A DNA stretch of 64,000 nucleotides, taken from positions 467,321 through 531,320 of the forward strand of contig MU004193.1 of NCBI GenBank assembly GCA_010093605.1, in the 5' to 3' direction. The notes under the pieces are model-generated. The model made no database searches, was not told where the DNA came from, and was given only the letters and a program-made list of their open reading frames with translations. Positions within the stretch are counted from its first letter, which is position 1, and every line of letters begins with the position of its first letter. Made by a program: the position numbers and the translations under genes. Positions 24,016 through 36,221 of the stretch are shown here, piece by piece. The DNA comes from Lophium mytilinum (lineage: Eukaryota).

Positions 24016-27000
24016 CCGATATCGAAAGACTTGTTAAAGCTACTGGGACTGCTAAATGAAGAGACGGATGATAGACTTGGAGATGGAAAGGCAACGATAT
24101 GAAACGAACAAGTCAGGAGACCTGGGAGGCTCAATGAAACATGAGGGGGAGGTGAGGTTGATACAAAGATCGGGGAACACAACGTCGCCAATAAAGAGAC
24201 GGCCGGCCCGAAAAGTGGGCACTTTCTCAACTACTCGGGCCACGGTGCACAGCTAGAAGGAGAATGGACATGTGGACTGCAAAGCATCGCGTCAATCTAA
24301 ACACGATACTTTCAGCCGGATACGCTGCACGCCACCGTCATCAAGGGAGGCGTTCTGGCGCTCAGGAGTCACCAGTACAGCATCCGCAGAAGATGTGCAC
24401 GCGGTTGATGCGAATTGGGCGTGGGGCCGACATCCGGCGTGAGTTTACAGCCTGGCCTTACGGATTTTGGACAGGTGTATGATCAGGGCGGGCTGGCTGC
24501 GCCCTGGTTTGGTTTGGCATTTTCGCAGGAAGCGCCGCCGCCGCGTGGTAAAGCGCAGGTCCCGCGAGATACTGAGGTTTTAGCATCAGTAGTGGCGGGG
24601 GGAAATGTACCCTGCATCCGTAGTATTGTGGTGGTGAAGGTGGTTGGAGAAGCTAGGGAGTGGGCCCATCAACGGCAGCGATGTCACGTCCATGTCGGGC
24701 CTGATGATTGGCTGCGCGTAGGTTCAAGGATGTGCTGATGGCAGACAGGGGCCCGCAGAGTTCGTTCAAGCCTCCTTTTAGCTCGACGTGACTTGAAGAG
24801 TACGGCGTCTGTCGTGCCACCCACAATGCGTACTGCGCTGCGCTGCACTGCTGGAGCCGACGCCCTGCAGCCGCGCCGTGGCTCGACTTGACCGCAGAGA
24901 TTCCTCCGGGAATGATGCTGTGGAGTGTCCCGGGCGGCGAGAGAGCATAGCTGGGAGAGTCAGCTGTCCCCACTCTCGTCGACTATCGCACTCCAATCGC
25001 TGCCGCCTGTTCGCCTGCCCACAAGCGCCATCGATTAGTACCTCTGGGCATGGATGCACTCCCTTTAATGCCTCTAACTAAGTGCGGTTGCGGCGTCCTG
25101 GAGAGCGCCATGGCAGCGCTAGGTACTGAATTGTCCTCGTCTGTGAAGTGCCCGCATGCGCTGCAAATCAGCTGATTGGCAATCGCGGAGGTCACGATTG
25201 TGCTCCTGGCCAGCTCATTGGAGCAATGAGAGTGTCGAGCGTGAGACAAAACAGTTGCAACTGTGGCAAGACGGCAGAGAAGGGGTGCCCGATCCACCCA
25301 TCCCGAAGACAGGCAGGACAGGCGGCATCGACGAGGCCATGTGAGCGGGGATGCTGTCGAGGCCTCGCATCCCGGCGGCTGGACCGATTGATGGGCCTTC
25401 TCTGCTCCACTTCCCCTCTGAAACCGCCGAGCTCGAGCACAAAGCAGTCGCCGAGCCTCCCAGCCCGTCAGCCCACAGCGGCTGATGCGCCTCTTACACC
25501 TCGCCCTGGCCACAAATGCGGAGATGCGGTCGGGGAGATGCTGCGGCAGCTAAGGTTGTCTGTCCATTGTCGCCCAGGCAAGCCGAGATAACGGATATCG
25601 GAATGCCCAATTGGCCGCGGGTGCTGATCGACTCTGGGCGCCAGAGGGAGCAAACATTCTGATGCAGCCATTCGATTCCGTATACTGAAAACGTCCAGCT
25701 CTGGAGCATTATTCCCATCCGTGCACAGCAAACTGCAGCCCGCCAGCACCGGTGCTCGTGCATGGACCGGGGAGGGGAGGGAGACGGGCCTGTGCCCACC
25801 TAGCTGCACGTCATCCATCACGGCTTTACCCCAGGGGCCGAGCGTCGGTGGTGGTGAGAGTGTGGTGCGAAAGAAAAAGAGGCCTTGCCACTGCTACGCG
25901 AGCCGCGCAAACCGCCATCCTTTCAGGCCTCCTTGCTCTGCTACATCTGTTGGGACTCGGGAATGGGCCGAAACAGGCCTTTGGGACTCCCACAGCCAAC
26001 CACCACGCGAGCAACACCCCAGATCGACGAACCGTTGTTCGCCATCGGCCTGCATGCCCTGGCTCCAATCCAGACGTACAGTTGGAGCCGCTCGTTTCTA
26101 GAGTGATTGTGGAGTACAGTCGCGTCGCGGATGCTCTCCCGCGTACCGCTCTCCACAAAGCTGCAGCTGGCGTGCAGTGGCCTCATGTTTCCGGTGCCGC
26201 GATGCAATATCCCCTTAGACATATATGTACTCCATCTCGTGTTCGCCAGGGCTATAAGATGCTTCCGCGGAGTGACCGCCGAGATCCAGATCCAGATATA
26301 CATGTATCAATACGCATGCCTATCAGAAACCGCCCCCCGCATATCTCTGAACCTCTGGCGCCTTCTGCGGTTGCAAGAAAAGAATTCTGCGTGAGCCGTG
26401 AGTAAGATACATCTCGCACGAGAACGAACATGGCCATGCTGCTCGTCGGTGTGACCTCAGAATAGATCCCGTACGCCAGTCCGATTTCAAATCCAGGCTG
26501 CAGCAGTTGTACGTTTGCTGTCTTGCTGACTGCTACAGCCCCTTGACGCATCCTTTGGTTAGTTTATCTCGTAAATGCTGCATAACAAAAGGCTTTATAA
26601 CCCTGCAGAAGCTATTTCAGCCAATAGAATCTCTCTCATCGACGTCCAGTACCATAACTTACCTCCGCAGCCACCTGCACGTTAACCACAGCATGCGTCA
26701 ACAGGCTGTAGATGGCATCAGATTCAAGCCAACGCGACGGCCCGCCCCCAACCCCCCTTTGACGCCCAACGGACCGCCCTGCATCATCGAGCAACCCTAC
26801 TCCTCGTGTAACGGAGGTGAACTGGCTGCGCGTGGCTGCCGTTTGGGATCCCGCATGCAAGCCCATTCTGCCAACGGCATGGCTCTGGGAAAGCCACATC
26901 GACGCCCCGGACAACGCATGCCCAATGCGCCCGGGGAAAGGCACCATAGTCTGGAGTCGAGTTGCACCAAGCTGACGCATTGTCGTGTTTGGAGCGTGGG

Positions 27001-27752
27001 TCCCTGCGATTCGTTTCGGGCTGCATATGTTGAATGTGGAGGCAAGCGTTGTGACAGTCGCAAGAGGAAGTTTGCTCCAACACCACGGCCTCTAACCCTA
27101 TGCATGTGGTTATCGTCGGGGGCAAACATCAACTCTGATCAGTCCATGTCAGCAGAAAGGTGTGGAGTAGGGATGGAGAGCTTCAGGCCCTTTTGGACGA
27201 CATACAGGTGTGGCTTGGGATACTCTGACCAATATCAGAACACCAACCCTGAGCAATCCACTTCCCGCATCCGTCACCCAATTCACGGTTGGTGCCGTCT
27301 GGAGTTACACCATCGCGTAGCGCGGCACAGAAAAATAATAGCAGAGACCGCCAGGGCACCTACAATGATATCTTGGGCCACGGCTGAATTACTACTTTCC
27401 TACATGCAAATCGAAAGAGAAAGGGGGGAATAAATGTCGAAGTGCTAAGGAAACAAAAGAAACGGGCGTGCCAGACCGACACGAAGAATGACAGCGGCAC
27501 TAGAGCCCCGTTGGAAGTGAAAGGGCCCCAGTGTGCGAAGCAGAACCTCGCTCGCCCATGACTTTTCCCCGTGCCTGCAGAGTTATCCATCAAGAACAAA
27601 GGATGCTTCCCCATCTTCAGAAAATGTATTCCACCTCAGTAGACAACGCCCGCTTGCAACATGAACCTGAGCCTACCGAATCCTGGTTTTCACCATAAAC
27701 GCTGCATCTCTCGCTACCACTCTCATTACTGCAACACCCTGGTACGTGTGCT

Positions 27753-29275
27753 TCAAGCCTCCTCGGCGTCGTGCTCGGCTAGCTGGCCGCTCTGCTCCCT
27801 GTGCATTCTGGCTTCGATCTCCTTCAGCTGGCTCTCGCGGGCTAGCAGCTCCTGTCGCTTCTCGTTGATCTCGCGCTGCACCTTGACCTCAATCTCACGC
27901 AGCTTCTCCTCCTCGCGACGGAGTTGCTCCTCCTTCAGGCGGACCGACTGGCTGGCCAGATCTTCGGGGTTCATTGACGAGTCCCTGTCGTCGTGTCAGC
28001 AATCAATTGGAACATGCACATACGCCATCACTGAGAGTGTATGGTGGGAAAACTTACGCGGCGGCACCACCCTCGACGCTCTTGCTGAGCTTCTCGGTTC
28101 GGTAATTCTCGTACAGGAAGTCGTGCGTGATTTCCTTGAGATCGGCAAGATGGCTATGAAGGAGGGCGCTCCGGACTGCGAGGAAGTCGGAGTGTCGGGG
28201 ATTGTCAACCTCGACCACACCCCATGGGTATTGTCGGGCGCGCACCTTTCGGCCGCTGATCTCGACCACCTCCTCAGACCCGACTATAGCGAATGGCATG
28301 AGGCCACGGAGCTCGGCGTTCTCCTCCACTGTGTCCTCATCATCCTCCTCGATATCGTACGGGAAGTTGTAGACTGGAATGCGGTAGTGCTCAATATCCT
28401 CCATGACCAGCTTCTTCGACTCTGCAAGCTCGGCAGGCGTGAGGGAGTCGGCTTTTCCAATGACGGGGATGACATTGACACGGGGGGATAGGCGCTTCAT
28501 GAGTTCGATATCAAGCTCACGGAGTCTGTCACAATGGTAAGCGTGGATACAGGCTAGAAGGGACGATAGACTTACCCATGGCCTGTAGGGGTGATGAAGT
28601 AGAGAAGCACGTGGACTCGATTATCACGGAAACGAGGGTTACGCTTGATACGGGACTCTTCGGCAAGAATGTCATCGTATTGCCTCTCCAAGTAACCAAC
28701 AATCTCGGAGAAACTGCACAATGTGTAAGCGTGGATAGACTGGGCGGAGTACGATGGTCATGTACCTGGCCTCGTTATCGATCTGGTCACCGAAGCCGGG
28801 CGTGTCGACGATGGTGAGGGAAATGCGGGTGCCCTCCTCATCGAGCTCTAGCTCTGGCGATACTGGATCAGCAAACCATCATTGCGTTATGATAAGTGTT
28901 CTATGGGGTAACCTACCGACGGTGATGGGCTTGATTTTCACGCCCTCTTCGACGTGTGCGGCGGTCGGGTCATCTGAGTCCTTGTGCTGGAGAACCTTCT
29001 TGCCACAGAGCGTGTTCACAAAGGTGGTTCGTCCTGGTAGTGAGGTGTTAGAGTGGGTTGAGCGTAGACGGGAAGCCACGTACCTGTGCCTGAGGCGCCG
29101 CACACCATCAGACAAAACTGGATTCCCTTCTTGACATTCTTCTTCCTGCGGGTCTTGAGCATCTGGTAGAGTGTCAGCGCATGCGCCAGCGGCGATTGAT
29201 GCCATTGTGTTGGGACAGGGCAGGCGGAGGCCGGACAGGGACCGATTGGGGGATAGGAGGCCGTACCGAACTCAT
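27753..29275 (-). CDS. CDC11: Septin Cdc11/AspA
   Basis: MSS|MLKTRRKKNVKKGIQFCLMVCGASGTGRTTFVNTL (G1 box), TIVDTPGFGD (G3), VIPVIGKADSLT (G4), RARQYPWG and a C-terminal coiled coil; multi-exon. Confidence 0.93.
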
Positions 29276-29492
29276 TGTGGGCGTTGGAGGTTGCGAGCGG
29301 CGCGCGAGGGCAGGGGACGGGATGCTGGTGGACGGCGACGAGGCAAACGCGGTGATGGAGAAGCAGAGTCGGGGGCTCGCGGTGTGGGAGTGTTGTTGGA
29401 AGTGGTCGCCAGGAAATTTGGAGGTGCTCCTTCTCGCGGACGGCCCATGCGTAAGGGGTCGTAAACTACTCCCGAACGGGCCACGGTGGTCT

Positions 29493-29501
29493 TCACGTGA
29501 C
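29493..29501. promoter_or_regulatory. E-box (TCACGTGAC; Cbf1/bHLH-type) in the divergent CDC11/HSV2 promoter
   Basis: Perfect TCACGTGA palindrome within the ~840-bp head-to-head intergenic region; function inferred only. Confidence 0.3.
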
Positions 29502-30117
29502 GCCACGGTAGTGTGGGCAATGTAGTGTGGCCACAATCGCAGGAGTAAATTGAGTGACATACGCCGGAGCAGCTAAACTGCAAAGCCGGGGTGTAGAGAT
29601 GCACAGAGGCTGTCATTCGTCTAATGTTGACCTCCAGCTGTCACCGATGCCAGCGGAGCCAGCGGAGCCAGCGGAGTGTTTTGAGGGCCATCAAAGTCAC
29701 TTCAGGGCTGCAATACATCTGGTCCAAGAGCCAACTTCTATCACGCATTCTACCCGGGCGACTCGTGATGCTCAATCTTGACAGTGGCATTTTGATCGTG
29801 CCCTGACCGTTGCGCACGTGCCTTTGCCGTGCACGAAGCTCCCGTCTCCGCTGACAGGGTTGCCTCACTTGAACTTCTGAAGGTTCCCACGGTTCCTTCG
29901 AGGACAACCGCGGATTCACCACCTCACGGGTACAGAAGACCTCGCTCCCGCACAGCACTCCGCAGTACACCTAAACCCACCATGAGTGCAGACTGGTCCA
30001 CTAAAGCCCATCACCTCGCCGGCCTGAAGCTGCCATAACTCACAGCCACCACCCCGCCGCTGCCATCTGCAAGCTGCCACCGCCCTTCTATTACAGCCCT
30101 TGAGCCAACTCACCAAC

Positions 30118-31471
30118 ATGAATACGCGGCCCGCAATCGACGAGTCCTCAGGGCCGGCTGTGCTGTCTGCCGCCTTCAACAGCGACAACAGCTGCTTCTC
30201 GGCAGCCCTCGAAAATGGCTTCCGGAGTGAGTTCGCCCATAACCTCCAGTCCGGCCCTGCTAACCTCGCATGCAGTCTTTAATGCGAAGTCCTGTGATAT
30301 GAAATCCGCCAGAGGTGCGTCTCCCAAACGACTACAGCCAACCCGTCATTAACGCTTCTTCGCAATAGATCTTGGAACTGGTATTGGCTGCGCAGAGATG
30401 CTCGGGACAACAAAGTACATCGCACTGGTTGGCGGGGGGAAACAGCCTAAATTCCCACAAAACAAAGTTAGCATGCGCGAGGACCCTCATGAGGAGTGGG
30501 TGCTGGTGCACCGAGAGGCTGACAGGCACAAGGTCATCATCTGGAACGATCAGTCCCAAACCGCCGCCTTATCTCTCGAATTCCGCACACCAGTCCAGCG
30601 AGTACGCCTTTCGCGTGGCTACATAGTAGTCGTCCTCCTGAATAGCGTCAATCTCTACAAGTTCTCGAGCCCGCCTGAGAAAATCGCCATATTCGAAACC
30701 ACCAACAACCCATTTGGACTTTGTTGTCTAGGTGAGAAGGTCATGCTCTTTCCCGGAAGGACTCCAGGCCAAGTCCAGTTGGTAGAGCTATCGAAACGTA
30801 ACGTGAGCATCATCCCAGCCCATGGGAACCCTTTGAAGGCCCTGGAGTTGAGCAAAGACGGCGAGGTGATAGCCACCGCGAGCGAAACTGGGACCCTGAT
30901 TCGGATATGGTCAAGCGCCAACTGCACCAAGCTTGGTGAATTGCGCCGCGGACTTGATCCGGCGACCATCTTCTCACTGTCCTTCTCTCCGGACAGTAGC
31001 CTACTAGCCGTGACGTCCGATAAATGCACTTTGCATGTATTCGACGTGCCCCTCCCTAAACACCTGGAGCAAATGTCCGCAGACAGGTCCCGCAACTCTC
31101 CAACGCCGTCTGGCACCGAGCCGGATACGGGCCCTACGAACAAATGGGGAGTTCTCTCGAAGTTACCACTCCTCCCGCGGACATTCTCAGATACGTACAG
31201 CTTTGCTTCCTGTCCATTTGAGATTGGAGACGAACCGCTGGGCTGGGGTACCGGCGGCCGAGGGGCTAGCAAGTCGCCAACTTGGAATGCTCCGATCCCT
31301 GGAGTACCCGGAGGAAGGCCCACCAAAGGCCTTATAGGTTGGCTTGGCGATACGTCTCTTCTGATCATTGGTGCTGGCCACGATGCCAGGTGGGAAAAAT
31401 TCGTGGTAGGCTTGTCCCAAGAAGGGAAGCGGGTGGTTTTCAGAGAAGGCTGGAAGAAGTACCTAGAATGA
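30118..31471 (+). CDS. HSV2: PROPPIN WD40 phosphoinositide-binding protein (Hsv2/SVP1-like 2; Atg18/WIPI family)
   Basis: MNTRPAID...VLSAAFNSDNSCFSAALENGFR, ALVGGGKQPKFPQNK|VIIWND, IIPAH, ATASETGTLIRIW and ELRRG (LRRG lipid-binding motif typical of the Hsv2 group). Introns include 30467-30532. Confidence 0.88.
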
Positions 31472-32705
31472 GCGTCACTGCTCTAGAATAACCACAGCAC
31501 TTATTTTACCAACATTCACGAGATTCTCTGGTTTGGCCTTGGACTTTAAATGTCTGTTCCTCGCTCGTCATCTATTCTACGCTCGATATGTCCACGGGCT
31601 GGTAGTGCTCTAGATACGTGAGGCCTGACCTGTATAGAGAGACAAAATAGCGAATGTCGAGACGTCTTTGAGTCAGACTAATGATTCTCAGATTCTGAAG
31701 CGTTTGTCTATGCAATTTCGCTTTCATTCGCCCGCTAGAGTACCACCAATGGCTTTCTACGAAGTTCTTCTAGTCTTTGGAGCATCCCTATACTCTCTGC
31801 TATTGGTCCTCTCCTGATATCAATAGACACACTGACACTATTATGCCCAGTTGTGGATCCACGACAATCATTCCTCCACACGGCACAACTGACCCATTTC
31901 GCCTTTCAAGTTCGTCGTCGAAGGCGACCTCATTCTCCAAGTAAAGAGGCTCCTAAGCGAAGTCGACTCCTCCTCTTATGTGGATCCCCGTGGAACATAC
32001 CAAAGCTTTTATCGGTCCACCCCTTCATATCGTGGACGACATTCAGACCACCACTGGCCACAAGTTACTCGTAGGTGAATAGGATTACTCAGGGGGCTAT
32101 TCGAGTCCGAGTCCCAAGTACTTATGAAAGTATTTGTGGAGTGATGGACGGCGAATCCAACGTTCGACGAAGACAAGGGCACATTGCTTGGCCGGTTGTT
32201 AGGTGAGTGCGGCCAGCGTTTGCCATCTTGAAGTACAGTATATCCTTTGGCCATTCCCCTGAAGTTGGCGACCCCAGTGATAGCCGCATAGATTTTCCCG
32301 AACGCCGTAAATCCGCATCGGCTGAAAGATGCAGGAAACTTCAGCAGCGTGGCCGCCGTAGACGATAGGACTAGTGTAGTGGAGATATGAGCGGTTACTG
32401 GAGCTTGTGGGTAGGCAGTACGCATATGGCTCGTCGCATCGTCACGAGACGTGGTCTTACTGCCCAGGTCTGATACTCTCCGATTTTCGGGTACGATTGG
32501 AAGTGTTACGACTCGTCCACTGAGGGCTCCTAGAGACGCGATTCATGCGTTAGCCTAGCGAGGTCCTTCCTTGATAGGTAGCTAGCGCAAGACACCTCTT
32601 TCAGACCGCCGCCGGCGAGGAAACATCACCACTCCGATTCACGAACCGGAAGAATAAACGTACCATCGTCCTAACCTATCATCTCACAAAGAAAAGTGGC
32701 AAGAC

Positions 32706-33005
32706 TCACGACATAACCTGCGGTCCATGTCCATAGACTCTCTTGCCTTTTGGCCCGTAACAGATTTCCTCGAGATACATCAACCGCCTCGCTCGCACTT
32801 CTCGCATGTATCGATCTTGCTCGGGGCTTCTTTGCGGCTCCTCCTCCTCCCTAGATAACGCAAACCTGGCAATCGCGTAGCCGACGCAGACGCAGAAGCC
32901 GGCTGCGAGCATGCAAATGAGGATAATCCATCCCTGCGAGCAGATTTTAGCGAGAAGATAGTTGCGTGATAGAGGCATACATACGGGTCCTATTGCGTAC
33001 GCCAT
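32706..33005 (-). CDS. Small single-pass membrane protein
   Basis: Hydrophobic helix GWIILICMLAAGFCVCVGYAIARF followed by a charged tail (SPEQDRYMREVRARRL); true start uncertain. Confidence 0.55.
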   Translation of the reverse strand: MAYAIGPVCMPLSRNYLLAKICSQGWIILICMLAAGFCVCVGYAIARFALSREEEEPQRSPEQDRYMREVRARRLMYLEEICYGPKGKRVYGHGPQVMS

Positions 33006-34806
33006 TTCATCTCTTTTCTCCTCTGACTTTACGATGGTAATTAAGGTTAGACGCTGAATGCGGATCTAAAGGCAGTAGTGTAGTAATATAGCAAAGAAGC
33101 TGAGAAATAATATATATAGTGTTTCACGATAGAAGTAGTGGAATCGCAACACGCTCAAGTTTTTGTGAAGGGTTAGGGTATGTGCCGCAAGGCGTAGATG
33201 CGGTGGGCTGAGCCCAGTATATCGACAGCTGGTCTGTTCTATACGGGTTGCTCGGGATGCGCGGATGGCAAGGGTGTTGGATCTGGCTACAGACATGCCC
33301 ACATCCACGTGACTGTTTGGAGCCTGGTTGGACAACTGGGTTAAGGAAGCTAGGATATACTGCCGCGGGCCAATAATCAAGGGGGAAAACATGGATTTCC
33401 GGATGTCTGGAGGAGTTGACCATTGGTAGGCAATATTCTCATGTGAAGGCTGACGTGGCCTCACGAAGGCTGCACACCCACATCCTGTAGCAATTTTCTA
33501 TTGATAGGTCGGTTTCGTATACGGCTGCGAAGTCGCTGTTCGGCGGTCGGATTCCTGAATGACTTCTTCCGGTGCTGGGACGACGATATACCTAGCAACT
33601 ACGACTGGATATCCGAAGCTTTACATGGATGAAAGGTCTTCCGATGCGTGAGCAAGTTGATATTAATGGCTTTCAATTCTAGGAATCTTGACTCACTGGC
33701 TACTAGGTAACCAGCTTACCTTTTACAGTGAGCATGATTTGAGTCAAGCAAATTCTCATCCCGATAGTTTCCGTATTTACAGAAGGCAGTCCATCTTGCA
33801 CTACTTCGAACTCCACATCTGCCTTGGACTTATGATATGCGACGGGATTATCCCAAGCTGCGGCGAAGGAGACTTATGACCTGTCTCCGTACGAGACCAG
33901 AACGGGACTTCGTCTAGTGAATCGTGCGAGCGATGCTAGACTTGGTGTCATCCGAGATGTTATGGCATGTAACCTCTTGGCGAACATTTTGTTCATGTGT
34001 GTCTTTTCGTCGTAGGGTTTCGGATGGAAGTACGGACGGTGAAGAGGTCCGGTCTGGTGATGATGTGTCGGGTGGCCTGGACGCTAGTTCCTTAGCGTTC
34101 TAGCTGGCTTCATCTAATAGCTTTCGAAAAGTGACAGGCTTGCTAAAGCTATATTTCGAAGTGTTTCAAAGTACTTGAGTCACGTAGCTGTACCGTAGAA
34201 TGCTATTCTACGATGAAGTAAACTACTAGATCGTCAACGGACTTTCTCAGATAACTTCTGATTACTCAGTACACACATACAAGAGATTTTACCATACAAC
34301 AACAAGATGAGATAGACCATTGTATTTGGTTCCATAAATTACCCTGTTCGAATGCTGATCTGCACGTTATCTTCTTCTCATTCCATACTGCGGCCTCCCT
34401 ATCTACACTATATTCAAGCTATCTGGTGGCGTCTCTTGCTGAAGTCAACCTTTCTTCCGTAACCATGAGCAATGTAATTCTCAAGGCAAAAATCTCAAAA
34501 GGTTAAATTGACATCCGAGTCGCATATCATGGTGATTGATTGGACAAGCCATGGCCATGGTTGAACGTTTCCGACTAACAACCGCACACCCCGCAATCTC
34601 CATCCACCATCTCATGCAGGTACGGAAAACCATTACCAGATTCGCAACGACCTCAAGAACCGTCGCTCATGCCAGCAACAAAACACGGCACTCAGGGATC
34701 ACAACCAACCTGCATCAAAAGCCTTCTCAACCCCAAAAACTAAACACTCTCCTCCCCACATCAACCCCATTCCTCCCCCCAACCCCCAACCCCCCAACCC
34801 CCCAAA

Positions 34807-35617
34807 ATGCCCACCGGCATCCTCTGGGTCGCCTCACGCATCAAAAACCCCACCCTCACCCCCTCCCACTTCTGCACCTGGTACGAAAACACGCACATCC
34901 ACGAAGTCACCGCCCTCTCCGGCATCCCACGCGCCGCACGCTACGAAGCCATCCTCCCCTCCCCCTACCCAGGCGCCCTCTCCGCCGACGCGCCCTGGCT
35001 AACCATCTACGAGATGCCGGACATCGCGTTCCGCGAAACCGCCGAGTTCCGCGGCTTAGACGGGCAGAGCGAGCCCGCGGCGGAGCTGCTGGAGGGCGTG
35101 TTCAAGAAAGCGCGGTTCGACACGCGGTTCTACGAGTGCGTGCAGGTGCATGAGCGGGCGGGGCGCGCGGAGAAAGGTATGGCGAGAGCGCGAGAGTGGT
35201 TTTCGTTGACGGGATGGCGTGTTCGAGTGGAGTGGCTGGGCTGACTGAGGTGTAGGGCCGGCGGCTTTAATTATTTCGGCGGCGTTGACGCCGGCGGTGG
35301 GGAAGGAGGCGGATTTTGATGCGTGGTATCGCGAGGAGCATCTGAGGCTTATTGGGGAGTGTGCTGGGTATCGGCGGTCGCGGCGGTTTCGGTTGGTTAA
35401 TGCTACTGCGCTGGATGAGTTTGAGAGGGTTGAGCCAGAGGTTCCGTCGTATCTTGCTATTCATGAGTTTGATGGTGACGAGCTTCCGATGGCGGAGCTG
35501 GCGAAAGTGGACGAGACGGAGTGGAGCAAGAAGGTTGTTGCAGGGTTGACTCAGATGGAAGCGGGGTTTTATAAGTTGAAGAGGAAGTATGAAACTGAAA
35601 GCGAAGCGAAGCTGTAG
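34807..35617 (+). CDS. EthD-like dimeric alpha+beta barrel protein (two repeats)
   Basis: Repeat 1 has FCTWYENTHIHEV...AARY; repeat 2 has FDAWYREEHLRLI...GYRRSRRF...YLAIHEFD. Intron 35177-35255. Confidence 0.8.
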
Positions 35618-36221
35618 GTTGTCTCTGGCGCTGGGGACGTTATAGTAGAATAGATTTGGAATGGAAGGAAACATCTTCTCTTTTCGGATGATCGAGTACA
35701 GAACAGGCCACTACGGGACGTGAACGATGTGCATCATCACAAAAATTTCCATTCATCCTCAGACTAGTAGTCTACGTGCCTTCATCACCAACGCTCTTTC
35801 CCAGACAGCTACACACCGGTAGAGCTACGAAGCCCAAGTCGCACGGTTGCGCGAAACCAAAGCTAATCTACGTTGCCACTTCGTGAGAACTAAGTAGCAA
35901 CGTGAGAAGCACTGCGCCTTAACCAACATTGTTTATACATAGGCGCCAATTGCGCAGACATAGAAAGCAGAAAACGCTCCAATATGGTACTGCACGCTTC
36001 CTCTCTCGGAAAACGCGAAGAATGAGAAGATTAAGTAGATAGAATGGCAGAAGGCAAGACTAGAAACGTGCACATGCCGTGTCAAATTTCCCTCGAAAAA
36101 CACCGATTGATACGAAGCGAGAAGACGGATATGAATAGCGACACCTGAGCTAGTTGAGAGCAAGCCACGGTATAAGTACTCCGGCACCAGGATTCCAGGA
36201 CGTACACAACAGACTGTGGCC

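Noticed and set aside
26507..27433. 308-aa ORF
   Set aside because: Non-ATG start, Arg/Cys/Ser-rich random-like composition and no recognisable domain.
33169..33179. Telomere-like ACCCTAACCCT (minus strand), also CTAACCCTA at 27092 and AACCCTAACC at 56391, as possible telomerase RNA templates
   Set aside because: Matches of 9-11 nt are expected by chance in 64 kb. No pseudoknot or CR4/5 support could be seen, and the 33.2-kb site lies just upstream of a probable protein gene.
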